Positions 29,600 to 42,232 of a stretch of 64,000 nt of DNA are shown here, piece by piece. Each line of letters begins with the position of its first letter. Positions within the stretch are counted from its first letter, which is position 1. Under the pieces are notes generated by a model that was not told the DNA's origin, did not search any database, and worked only from the letters and a program-made list of their open reading frames with translations. The stretch is from the human T2T-CHM13v2.0 reference genome, Homo sapiens: NCBI RefSeq assembly GCF_009914755.1, contig NC_060938.1, one strand, 5' to 3'. The position numbers were made by a program, and so were the translations under genes.

Positions 29600-30340
29600 A
29601 TACATATTGGGGAACAAAAACAATATACATAAATATGTGCTCATTAAGAAACATTTCAAACAACAGAAAAGTTTACAAACTAAAAAATGCAACCCTTTTC
29701 AATTGTTTCCCAGCCTACAACCTTTCATAAATCACTGCTATTCTCAGTGTGGGGTGTGTTTGTCCCAAACGTTCCCAAGCATTCCCTTTGACTTTATTTT
29801 ACCTTTCTTCTTTTTTGTTTTTAACATAAATGGGGTGATACAGTACCTATAATTGTATCCCTTTTTTTCATGAAAAGATCCATCTTGAGGTCCTTCTAAG
29901 TCAGCAACTGTAGGTTTATGTCATTCTTTTTAGTGGCTGCAAAGCATACCGTACCCAAGTTCTGCCACAGTGTCTAAATCCGAGGCTTGTCAATTATATC
30001 TCAGTAAAGCTGGGGATAAATGCTAGGTGTTTGGTTTTTTGATTTGGTGGCTTTTTATTTTACTGTTTTTTGCAGTTGCAAACAACATTTCTGCAAACAT
30101 CTTCATGCCCGACTCTTTGTGTCCATGTGCACATATTTCTCTAGAATTGACTCTTAGAAGTGGAAATGTTGAGTCTGAAAGCATATCTATTTCACATTCT
30201 AATGATACTAGCAAACTCCCTCCAAAAAATGGGTACCAATTGACACTCGCATCAACAATGCATACATGTCTGTTTTTTTCCACATTCTTGACAGCGTTGG
30301 GTGTTATTAGATGTAAAATTTTTTTGACACATCTAATCAT
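29600..30340 (-). mobile_element. Old L1M 3' remnant
   Basis: cattctttttagtggctgc; ctagaattgactcttagaagtggaaatgttgagtc; tttttccacattcttgacagc. Confidence 0.6.
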
Positions 30341-32446
30341 CGCAACCTTCAAATCCGGCTTAACTCTGATTAAAGCGGGTATTTCCAGAAGCCCTCAGAG
30401 AACAGAGCTTCGGAAAGGGTGCATGGTAGAGAGATGAGCCTCTAGCCTCCCAGAGCAGCAGCTGGTAGCTCCACTTCCTTTTCCTTGTCCAGGGAAGGAA
30501 AGTCTCTCCCAAAACTCTTGGTCCTGGAGTCATAGCCCAAGCCCCTCAGCAGTTCCCTCAGGAGCAGAGGGTCTCCTGGGTCAACCAGAATCCCCACCGA
30601 GGTGGATTTGCTTCTGGCAACATCTCCAGTCTGAATGTGATCCCAGGCGATACTTAAGGAAGCAGCTCCCTCCTGTTCTCTGAAAAATGCCGTCTGCAAG
30701 GGAGAATATGCATTTGGGAGAACTGGAGAATTACAAAGGCGGTTATGCACAGTGAGCCCAGGAGAATATGAAACAAAGTGTATGTCCTGCAAGAACCACA
30801 GGTTTTGGAGATGTTAAGAGTGGCCTGCTGGGCCCACAGAAGGGGCTGCTGGAGCATCAGAGGGGCTCACCTCTTATTCCACTCCCTCCCCCCACGACCC
30901 TAGACAAGAAGGAATCTATTTGGAGAATGACACTTGGAAAGAGCTTGCCATTTGTGTTGCCTAAAAAGATATAGAGAAAGGAGCAACGGGGCATTTCCAA
31001 CATTCAAACAGTGTCCCATTCATCCCAGATTCCGAGGTCCTCCTGGTCAGCACATGGGAGGTGCGGGGGCAGATGGCCCACAGACACCAGGATTGTGTTT
31101 GCAGACTTTAATCTCCTAAGAGCCCAGGGATGGCCTCCAGGGCTTGCTGGCTTGCCTGCCTTCCTGTTTTTATCCTAATAGGCCTTATACAAAGACTTTA
31201 AAATGACTCATGGAAAAACCCAAGCTAGGGAAGAGGGCTGGAGTCAGCCACCAAGTGGAGGATGGTGGGAGGCCCACAGGGACGCTCATCAGTGACCCAG
31301 GAACCTGAGTGGTCTCAAAAATGCATCTGCAGGAAGGTCAGGACAGGGAAAGTGGGTGCTGGGGGACACAGAATGAACGCTTATTGGAGAACGTCCTGGG
31401 AAAGAGAAAAACACCGGTGCTAAAATACATCCCCGAGATGGGCATGGTATTTAATTTCCAACCTGCTTCCATTTGTATGTACTCAGACATTCTTTCCTCC
31501 TATGAGGAAGGCAGAGTGGGTTTTATTAGCCCTATTTACTGATGCCCAGAGAAGGGGTGTCCTCCCAGGTAGCACCCCTGACCCAGAGGCAAGGCTCCTC
31601 CTCCCAGTTTCTTAGGAACTTGTGGGCCTTATTTGCCTGGCCAACTATTCTGCATCCTTTACGGCTCAAATCTGCCACCAGAGCTGTCCCCAAGGCCTCT
31701 ACTATCAGCCCTTCTGCTTGTGTCCAACTAACACTCCGAGCCATGTCCTGTCATTGTGTGCTGTAACTCTGTCATCTTCGGGCTACACAGTAGGTAAACT
31801 CCTCTCCCACCTCCTCCACCTCCCCTGGCCTGGCCTCTCCCACCCGGCGTGGCTGAGCAGAAGTGTGTGGAATAGCTGGATGGGAGTGTCAGTAGATGCT
31901 AAGGGACAACTAGACATGTCACTGCAACCCTGAAGCCAAAGTAAGCCAGGGTGCCTCAAATGTGCACCACCTGCCTGGCAAAACCACTGTGGGGTTCTGA
32001 GGATCCCAGTTCTACTCAGGAAAAGGAGAAAGACAATCCTGGGATCCAGGTGGAGGGTGGAGGTAGAGAAGGAAAAGGAGCCGGAGTCTGGAATGCCTCA
32101 GAGGTGCTGGCACAGGGAGGGAAGGGGCAGGGCGGGGGCTACTGGCCTAGGCGCCTTCAAGAACGGACGGAAAGGCTTCTTTCACCGGAAGCACAGAGGC
32201 CCCGAGCAATTCCAAGGGCTCCCTCTCGTGGCCATTTGAGGCCAAAGCTGAGTGTTCAGGTGAATCCTGCATTTTCCTCTGTTAGCCAAGGGTGCAGAAA
32301 ATGGGTTCAGAAGAGAGAGGAGGAGCACTGGTCTTGGAGTCAGGATTCATGTCCTGACCATGCCACTAATTCACCAGGTTGCTTTGGGCAAACCACTCCA
32401 CCTCTCAGCCTCAGTTTCCTCACCTGGTTAATGAAGTGGTCTACCT

Positions 32447-33020
<574 letters not shown>

Positions 33021-33734
33021 ACTAAGAGGGTTGGATGAGATGAATGGCTCTCACAAATGAGAGTCCTGAGATAAACACTCTGCACATGTTTCTGTAGCCT
33101 GTCCCAATGACATGGCAGGACTTTGGCTTTGAGATGATAGTGACATTGATGGGTTGTTTCTGTGCTTAGCTCCGTAGCACAGGCCAGCTCTGGGCTGAGC
33201 CCTCCACATGTGATGGCAGGCAGGTGCCACACACAGAGGAAGAGGCTGAGGGTCAGAGAGGTTACATGACTTACCCTTGGCCACTCAGTTGGTGAGTGGC
33301 AGAACTGGGACCTGAAGCCAGGTTTATGGCTCCAGAGCTCCCCAGTCTCCTCGCCCATGGTGTTTCTCATGGTTTCTAAGGTCCTTTTCATCTCCAACTA
33401 TCTGTGATTCAAGGTGTCTGACGAAGAAAAGAGATTCACAGGAGAGAGTAGGGTCTTGGCAGGTAGATAAGATAGGAACCAAAGAGACAGTTGACAGGAC
33501 AGTCAGGCCTAGAGCAACCTCATAGACGAAAAGCACGGTCTTTACAGGAGAAGAAATTATGACCACCACTCAATTAGCCATCAAAACTATGTTTTCTGGG
33601 CCACCAAGGAGCACAAGAAAGGGCCCCATTGTCCGAAAACATGTTGAACTAAAATATCATCAGACTTTTAAAATAAACTTTGCAACTGCCCACACCAAAC
33701 TTGCTGTCTCTGAGCAGCCTGGAAGTTCTCGAAT

Positions 33735-34052
33735 ATCCATCCATTTATCCATCTGTCCAACCATCCATCCATCCACACATCCATTTATCCACCCACCCAT
33801 CTCCCCATGCCTCCATCCATCCACCCATCCATTCAATTGCCCACCTATCTACTTATCCATCCAACCTGTCCATTCAGTCATCCACTTCCCCATCCATCCA
33901 TCCACCCACCCATTTCCCCATCTTTCCATCCATCCATCCATCCATCCATTTACCCATCCATCCAACCCTGAAGCCAAAGTAAGCGAGGGTGCCCCCTCGC
34001 TTACTTTGTGCACCCTCATCTACCCATCCATTCATCCATATGTCTGTCCATC
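33735..34052 (+). repeat. Degenerate (CCAT)n tract interrupted by a ~55-bp unique insertion
   Basis: Read directly. Confidence 0.92.
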
Positions 34053-34164
34053 AAACATTGCTGAGCCCTGAGCTACTGGTGCCTTATTCTCAAGAGCTCC
34101 TAATTGGATATTATTGGATATTATATGTCTCAGACATGTAGGGCAAAAAATGCAGAAATGTGTT

Positions 34165-34673
34165 GCATTAATTATCTATTGCAACAGATTGCTTAGCAGC
34201 TTGAAACAACAAGCTTGGATTACCTCACACAGTATCTGTGGGTCAGGAGTCTGGGAGTGGCTGAGCTAGGCTCAAGGTCTTTCATGAGGTTGAAGTTAAG
34301 ATATTGACTGGGAATGGAGGATGTGCTTCCAGAATACTTGCTTATATGGCTACTGACAGGAGACCTCAATTCTCCACTGGCTTTTGGCCCAAGTCCTCTC
34401 AGCTCCTCATCACATGGGCCTCTCCTCAGGGCTCCTTGAGCATCCCCACAACATGGCAGCTGGCTTCCCCTAGAGCTGATCCAAGAGATTAAGGAGGAAG
34501 CTGCTGAGCCTCTTATGACCTCATCTCTGAAGTCACAGATGGTCACTTCATATCATTCTATTCACTAGAAGAGTGACTAAATCCAGACCACACTAAGGGG
34601 AGGAGTATTAGGCTCCACTTCTTAAAGGGATGAGTATCACAGAGCTTTCGACATACTTTAAAATCATCGCATG
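34165..34673 (-). mobile_element. MLT1F-like MaLR LTR
   Basis: cttagcagcttgaaacaaca...ctgtgggtcaggagtctggg...caacatggcagctggcttcccc...ggctccacttcttaaaggga. Confidence 0.78.
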
Positions 34674-34865
34674 TGTGGAAGGTGCTGAGATAGAGTGTGA
34701 AGGATACTGAGAGGCAAGAGGGAGAACGTGGTCAATTCTACCTAGAATAATAGAGGGAGTCAGAGAAGTAAAGTTCTAACGAGGTGATAACGAATGAGCT
34801 GAGTTCTGTCCTAGACCTGGAATGTGACCTTAAACAACCCACCATCCCTTCCTGGGTCTCTGTGT

Positions 34866-35281
34866 TGTGGAAATAAATTGGGACCACCCAAAGGAGATCA
34901 AACAGAGGCCATTTATTGTGTGCTTGGTATGGCAAGGGAATGGGCCACTGTCACTTGCATTTGACAGAGACTCCCAGGCAGGCAGGGTGAGGGGAAGCAT
35001 CATAGTGAAAAGGGGGAGGCCTCAGGTGTGCCCTGACTGGAGGTTGTTGCATGGGGAAGCGGGAGGTGGCTAGCTGGAAGCCCGACATCTTATGTGATTG
35101 CATTAGGAGCATATTTGGCTTTCTTTCATGGGTGTTGAGTTGGAAGCAGTAGTCAACAATAGGGAAGCTGACCAGGATTGACAGAGCCCTGACCATTCTG
35201 GGCCCATTGCCACAGAGGTTTGGTTTGGCTTCATGTGCTGCTTGCTGCAGAAATTGTGGGCCAAGGTTCTCTTTTCCTACA
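34866..35281 (-). mobile_element. ERV1 LTR remnant (MER90-like)
   Basis: TG...CA termini, tttatt (AATAAA on -) near 34912, gagcatatttggctttct core. Confidence 0.55.
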
Positions 35282-36877
35282 CAGGCAGGCCATTGTCTGT
35301 TTGTACTTTGGGCTTTCGGGGTCCTCCCCTGAAAATCAAAGGTTGGTTGGCTGAGCTCTGAGGTCCTGCCCAGCCCTGACATTCTGAGGATCTGGCTTCT
35401 TCACCTGGAAATGAGGTGTACAGAGATGGAGATGTACTGGATGGAAAAAGGACTGGCTAGTCTGAGGGGTGGCCATGCCAGAGGTGAGGCCTTGTGGACA
35501 AACTGGAGATGAAAGACAGGGAGATGCCTCGAATGGACCCTCTTTCCTGCGGGTACTCCCAGGAGTTTCCAATTCTCAGCATCCCAGCATCTTTGACTCT
35601 GGACATGGAAGGTTACAGGTCACCTCAGGCAACTTCCCCAGTGCACACACTGATGCTTAAATCTGCATTACTATCTTCTCCCCAACTGTCAGTCTTATTC
35701 TTGCTCGATTACCTCTGGAGACAGCAAGCTCACTCTCAGTGGAGACAGGGGTGTGGCCCATCTGGTCTGGCACATGAGGTGGCTTCCAAGATGGCTGGTA
35801 CATGTGCTGTGCTCAGCCCCTGAGCACTCATCCCACCACATCCTCCCCAGGCTGACCCTGCCCTTCCCTCTTACCCCGTGCAACAGCGGCTGAGGATTTG
35901 CCTCAGGAAGGACCCTGGCAAAAAGAGAGGGGAAGGTTAGAAGGGAACCCAGCCTTTTCCAATGCCACCTCCATAGGGAAGCCTTTTTATCAGATTAGCA
36001 ATGGTCTGGAGGAAACGGGACACAGGACTGGTAAATTTTGACATGGAAATGGAGATGAGGAAAAACCTGTAAGTGCTCTTCAACTGTTATGTCTTTGCTA
36101 TGACAGCACAGACCTCCTAGTGTCCCCATCTCATCTGATGGTCACCATCATCCTGAAGGGCATGGCAGGGTCCCTCCTCCCAGGTCCCCCCTCTTAGGGT
36201 GTGACTCCACCACCTGCCTGCTTGCCCAAGCCTGCAAGTCTCCCTGAACTTTTCTTCTCCTTTGTGCCCCCATTTCTGACCCTATAAAGTCTATTTCCTA
36301 ATGGGCACAGAAACCCATCCTTCCTGTCCCTCCCCGGCCACTGTAGTGCAATAGTCATGCCCAGAGGCTGAGGCTCAACAACCTGGGCGCAAATCATGGC
36401 ACTGACATGAATAAGTTGTGAGGCCTCTGGTGCCCGATCCCCCCTTGTTAAGCCCATCTCTCATCCTCATAGCGTCCCTTCCCCACCATCCAGCAGGATG
36501 AAGCCCACCCCACCCTCCCTTCCTCTGTCCCAGCCTCTGCCCCATCAGCCTATCCTCCAGGTTCTATCACACCCAGTAGCCCACACAGAGGTCGGTGAGC
36601 AGAGGACTCTTTAGCCCAGCTCTTAATGAAGGAGATGGAGGGGTGGGGGCTTGGGAAATAAATATACCAAACAACTCAATGACACAGGCCTTTTCTGCAT
36701 GGAATTAAATTCACATGCAGATGGAGGCAGTAGCCCTGTAGGTGGACTGCTGGGGTTTGTGTCTGGCTCTGCCATTTACTAGCTGTGACCTTCAACAAGT
36801 CACTTCCCCAGTCTGTACCTTAGCTTCCTCATCTTAAGATGGGCTGCTAATAGTATCTACTCATGGGTTGTAAGACA

Positions 36878-37203
36878 GATAGCCCTTCCCAATGCAGGTG
36901 GACACCATCCATTCTGTTCAGGGCCTGCATAGAACAGAAAGATGGAGGGAGAGTGAGTTTGCTTTCTGCCTGTGACTGCTTGAGCTGGGACATCGATCTT
37001 CTGCCCTCAATGTTCCTGGCACTCAGGCCTTCAGATCTGAACTGGAATCTCCACAGTGGGCTTTACTGGGTCTCCAGCTTGCAGACAGTGAATTGTGGGA
37101 CTTCTCCAGCTTCACAATCACGTGAGCCAATTCCTTCTAATAAATCTCCTCGTATGTGTGTGAGCTGTTGGTTCTGTTTCTCTGGAGAACTCTGATTAAT
37201 ACA
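36878..37203 (+). mobile_element. MLT2 (ERVL) LTR 3' part inserted in a MIR
   Basis: tgggtctccagcttgcagac...aatcacgtgagccaattcc...ggttctgtttctctggagaactctgattaataca. Confidence 0.85.
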
Positions 37204-38817
37204 CCACATGCTTAGAATAGTGGCTGGCACATAGTAGGTACTCAATGAGTATTAGCAAATATTACTATCTTACCTGGTTCCATAAATACTCTCCCACTGA
37301 AAAGGTGTTCCTTTGTGTCTCACCTTGGAAGTGACAAGGCCACCAAACCCAATCCTTGCATGTTTCTCCAGGAGGCCTCTCTGGTCTTGTCTGGTGTCCA
37401 TGAGCCCAGTTGCACCAGGGACTCCAAGGCCAGGCCTGTGGGGTGCTGAGACAACTGGCCTCTTAGTGCTGAGTGGGCGCCAGGGTCCCTCTGATGGCTG
37501 CCACCTGCAGCCACCTCTAGGCCCCTGCTGGCCAGGAGGTATGGGAAGCTCTGGGTGCACACCAGTTTCGGGGATGAGGCTGGGATCAGGGAAAAAAGTA
37601 TGTCTGCTTGTCTGGTAGGGTCTGCCTCCCAACTCCACATGACTCAGTTTAATTCAGTTAATTCCCAAAGCACTTCTGAGCCCCTACTCTGAGCCAGTTG
37701 GACTGTCAGGGCCCCAGAAATAAACCAGACCCAGTCCCTGTTTTTAAGATATTCCGCAGAGCCTCGATCTTTCTGCAGATGGACTTCAGGGGTTTAAGAG
37801 GGGGACTGCCGCCCCAGCCCACCCAAGTCACAACCACAGCTGATCCCTCCAACTCATCTCACATTTTGGTCTTCAGTGAGACAGTTGCTTAAAAGAAAAA
37901 TTTGCTTTTTTCTTTTTCTTTTTTTTTTTGAACAGCCTTGGAAATAGGGCTCATATTAAACGTGGCCTTGATGTATGCGTTTAATTTTGACAGTGAATGA
38001 GGGAGTGAGAGGAAAGAGGGCAGCCCAGGTAGAGGAAACAGCTTGAGCAAAGGTGTGGCTGTATGTTTCTCAGAGGGGAAGGAGGGACATTTACTGAAGA
38101 TTTGCCCAGAGCCGAGTGTGAGTGAGCACCCAGATATTCAGCTCTCATGAGAGTCCTGCAAAGAGTATGCTATTATCCTCATTGACTGATGAGGCTCAGA
38201 GAGGCAAAGTAAAGGTCAGGGCATAGGCTTGGGAATCACACCCAGCTGGGAGATTTCCAGCACACATGCGCTTTCTACTGCCAGAGGCTACTTGAGGGGA
38301 GGCAGAGTTCCAAGCAGGTTTCATGCTGGGTGTGGCCAAGACAGACTCCAGTTGCTGGGCTTGAGTTAGCATGGCTCCCAGATGTTAGAGCAGGCTCACT
38401 TGGCAGAGTTGGGCTAGCAGGGAGGGCTTGGGGCTGTCATCATTCACGGCCACATGGACACGGCTCAACCATTTATAATTAGAGTTATAACTTAAAACAA
38501 TCAACAAAAAAGACTTGGTAAGTACCTTCACCTCCCAGCATACACCCATCACATCTATTATTGCCACAAAGAATTCGTGACCAAAGGAAGCTGGTTCAGA
38601 AGCCCAGCCCTGTGTTAAGGTCCCGTGGGGTCTGAGCAATGTGAAAATACCCTGGGAACAGATAGATCTCTTCTGTGTCCTCCCAAGGCCTCTGGAGTTC
38701 CTAGGATAGTCATCTTATAAAGTGGTTGGTGGGAAATAAGCCATGAAAACAATAGAAACGTGATAGGTAGGTAAGTAGATAGACAAGGGGATTGGATGGA
38801 TGGATGGATGAATAGAT

Positions 38818-38869
<52 letters not shown>
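38818..38869 (+). repeat. (GATA)13 microsatellite with adjacent GGAT repeats
   Basis: Read directly. Confidence 0.97.
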
Positions 38870-38871
<2 letters not shown>

Positions 38872-39459
38872 ACACAGATAGGAAGGGAGGGGGCCAGACT
38901 GGGAGTTGGCAAGGATAATGCCCCACAGTCCTGCCTAGCTGGACAGGACCAGGGCCAGCTAGGAGCAGGGAATGGACCGAGATGAGGCAGAGCTGCCACT
39001 GTCAGAACCAAAGGCCCAGAGGCTGCTCTGTGCAGGGGCTTCATCATCCCCCAAATACAGGGTTTGAATGTACAGCTAACTTCCCCAGGCAGAGATCTTG
39101 CTTTGATCAAAGCTGTAAGCCCAGAAAGTGCTGGCACATAGTAGGTGCTCAAGGCACACTTTTGAGTGAATGTGTGGAAAGGCTTGCCCACATCCTAACT
39201 GGACTTCGTAGGCAAACCGTCCTCCCAGCTGCCCCAGGCCTGGAAGAAGCAGTATGTGTGCCCCAACTTGAAGGGCAGGTGGTATCAGTAGCACTGGCTG
39301 TGGGGCCTGAGGATCCAGTGCAAGGCCTGACTTTGCTATTAACTGAGAGTTCAGTTCACCTTATACAACAGCCCTCTGAGGTGGACACCACTATCCCCAT
39401 TTTACAGACAAGGAAACTGGGACCTCAAGAGATCAAGCCATTTGCCCAAGGTCACAGAA

Positions 39460-40028
39460 TGTGGCAGTCGTAAAACATGGCCCCTCCAGAAACATTTTTA
39501 AAAGAAACAAAGAAAAAGAATTTAAAAAAAAACAAAAGAAAAAAACATGGCTCCAAAGTTCTTTGACCTTCCTCCCATTGAGAGATGCGGTCTACATCCT
39601 TACTCTTGAGTCTGGGCTCTGTGACTGCTTGGCTAAGAGAATACTACAGAAGTGATGTGGTGCTGGTTTTGGTTTCTAGGCCACAGTCATAAGAAACTAG
39701 CAGGCTCCACTTCCTGTCTCTTGAGATGTTTACATTTGGAACCCAGCCGCCATGCTGTGAGGAAGCCAGGAAGCCACAAGGAGAGGTCACTGGAGCTGTG
39801 CCTGCAACAGTCCAGCTCAGGCCACAGCCAGCAGCCAGCATCAAGGCCCAGACATGAGTGAGGAGGACTTTGAGATGGCTCCAGTCCCGGCTGTCAAATC
39901 ACCCCCGGTCTTTGAGTCTTTCCAGCCCCAGACATTGCAGATGGAGATATGTGGCTCTCACTGCCCTTTCTGAATTCCTGACCCATGAGTACCGCTGAGT
40001 TCAGGGAGGTTGCTACAGCAATAGTGAC
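39460..40028 (+). mobile_element. MLT1G/H-like MaLR LTR
   Basis: cctcccattgagagatg...gctctgtgactgcttgg...cccagccgccatgctgtgaggaagcc...ctgaattcctgacccat. Confidence 0.75.
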
Positions 40029-41130
40029 AGGGGCACACATCTGACAGCAGTGGGGCCATGGCTGGAAAACAGGTCCTGCTGACACCAGAACCCATCTCTT
40101 CTCCACTGCCTCAGTTTACCTGGAGCATCTGCATTTCAGATGCACTGCCTGAGGTGATGGGGCCCTTGAGGGGTGATTGGGCCAAGCCTAGGAGGTTCAT
40201 AAATAACACTCCCAGCTGCTCCGTGGGCTGGCGCATCTGTGTAGGGCTGGCCCCTAGGAAGAGACAGATGTGAAGTGTCACGGAGCTCCCTGAGCTCAGA
40301 TGGGCGTGGATTCTGATCTCAGGTCTGCCAATTCCTAGCTGCATGAACTTGGGCAGGTCACTCTGTGCCTCAGCTTCCTCCTCTGTACAGCGGGGTTACG
40401 AAGAAGGACCCGATAGCCCTGTCGGTGTGTGAGATTGAGGCCCTGTGTGCCTCTGTGAACTGAATGTTATCAAAGCTCTTATTGGGGCTTAAAAGTCTCA
40501 GAGCATCAGCTTAGGATGGGCCAGCATTCAATGGGAGGGTCACAGGCCCCAGGGCAGGGCTGTACGGGAGGGGGAGATCCAGGCGAGGTCCGAGGTCCGA
40601 GGTCCTGAGTAGAATGCTCTCCTGCACTGTACCAGGGAGCTCTGTGCGGGAGTCAGAAGCCTGCGTCCTAGCATGGAGCTAGGGTGTTTCTGGGGACTGT
40701 GACCATTCACGATAGGACTCAACCTCCTTGGGGAGAGACCTGGCAAGGGACCTGCCAAGACCCTGGCTCCATGGCAAGAGAAACTGAGACAGGGGCCAAG
40801 AGGCGTGGGCTGAGCCAGTGCCCAGGAGTGTAGGAAGCTCTCATTCATTGACAGTGTATTTCCTGTGCACGTCTGGGTGTGAGGCTCTGTTCTAGGCATA
40901 GGGATACAGCAAGAAACAAGAACCCAAGTCCCTGCCCCTGTGGGACCTGTGCTGTGGTGGGCAGACAGGCAATGAATGCAATCAATACCCAGAGATCTCA
41001 TGTACCCAGCGCCAGGGAGAGGAAGAAAGCAGAGAAAGAGGTGAGGTTGGAGAGTGGGAAGCCCGCACTAGCGAGTGAGTTGAAAAAAGACAGAAAAGCT
41101 GGGGAGGGTGAGCCGTGCAAGTATCCAAGG

Positions 41131-41331
41131 CAGGAGCTGGCAACATTTTTCCCTAAAGGACCAGACTATAAATACTTGAGGCTTTGTGTGCACTCTGGGG
41201 TCAGTCACAACCCTCAACTCCACTGTTGTAGGGCAAAAGCAGCATAGACAATATGTCTATGGCTGTGTTCCAATAAAACTGGCCTGGCTGTGTTCCAATA
41301 AAACTTTATTTACACAAACACGTGGCAAGCC
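41131..41331 (+). mobile_element. MER58A fragment inside an L2 remnant, with an internal 21-bp duplication
   Basis: caggagctggcaac TIR; tggctgtgttccaataaaact at 41260 and 41285. Confidence 0.78.
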
Positions 41332-41760
41332 TATCAATGCAACCACTCAGCTAAGGGAAGAGAATTCCAGGAAGAGGGAACAGCAAGTGCAAAGGCCCTT
41401 GGGTGGGAGTGAGCCTAGTGCCTGAGGAACAGCAAGAAAATGGATGTGGCTGGTGAAGGATGACCAGTGGATAAGGTTAGAAAAATAACTGGCAATGGAA
41501 CAGGGAATGGGGAGAGAAGAGGCTCTTGCTTGACTTGGCCCTGTTCAGGGCTCATCCAGGGACCCTCACCCTGGGGATGTGGCTACAGACCCAACTCTAA
41601 GGTCCACTGAATACACCTGAACTCACATCCACTGCCATGCTTCTTGCTCTGGGGAGGATTGGCTGAGATCTGTTGAAACATCAGCAAGAATTCTCACCCT
41701 GGGAGTGGTCTACAGCCCTCCAGCCCACGTCTTCCCAGTCTTCTCCTTTATCTATATGCT

Positions 41761-42232
41761 TGTTACCAGTGGAGGGTCTTGACTATAAGTTGTCCAGGTT
41801 CTTGGCATTTTGAACAAAGAATTGGACAAAATGCACAAACAAAACAACAAAAGAATGAAGCAATGATTTACTGAAATCAAAGTACATAGTGGGAGCATAC
41901 TTGAGCAAGTGGCTCAAGAGCACTGGTTGCAAATCTTCTAGGGTTTATGTACCCTCTAGAGGTTTCCCATTGGGTATACAGAGTTACACCCTATGTAAAT
42001 AAAGACTTGGCCCATGACCAGTCTGATTGGTGACAGGAGGTGACCGATCAGAGGTACTTTACATTTTACATGTGCAACACAGTGGGAAAACGGGTAGGGT
42101 TTGCAAAGGGAGTAGCCTCTAATCCTTGTTACTTGGGTGTGGAAAGATGGTGTTTTCCTTTTGATTCAGTTCTAGGAGGTCCGTGTGAATTGCCTTTGGG
42201 TCCCTGCCTCCAGACCCTATTCTCCTGCCTCA
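41761..42232 (-). mobile_element. ERV1 solo LTR, MER51-type (shorter variant)
   Basis: Reverse complement of the 1111-1778 termini; TSD tgct/cgct (CpG decay). Confidence 0.88.

Noticed and set aside
33559-34071. 170-aa His/Pro-rich ORF
   Set aside because: Translation of the (CCAT)n tract.
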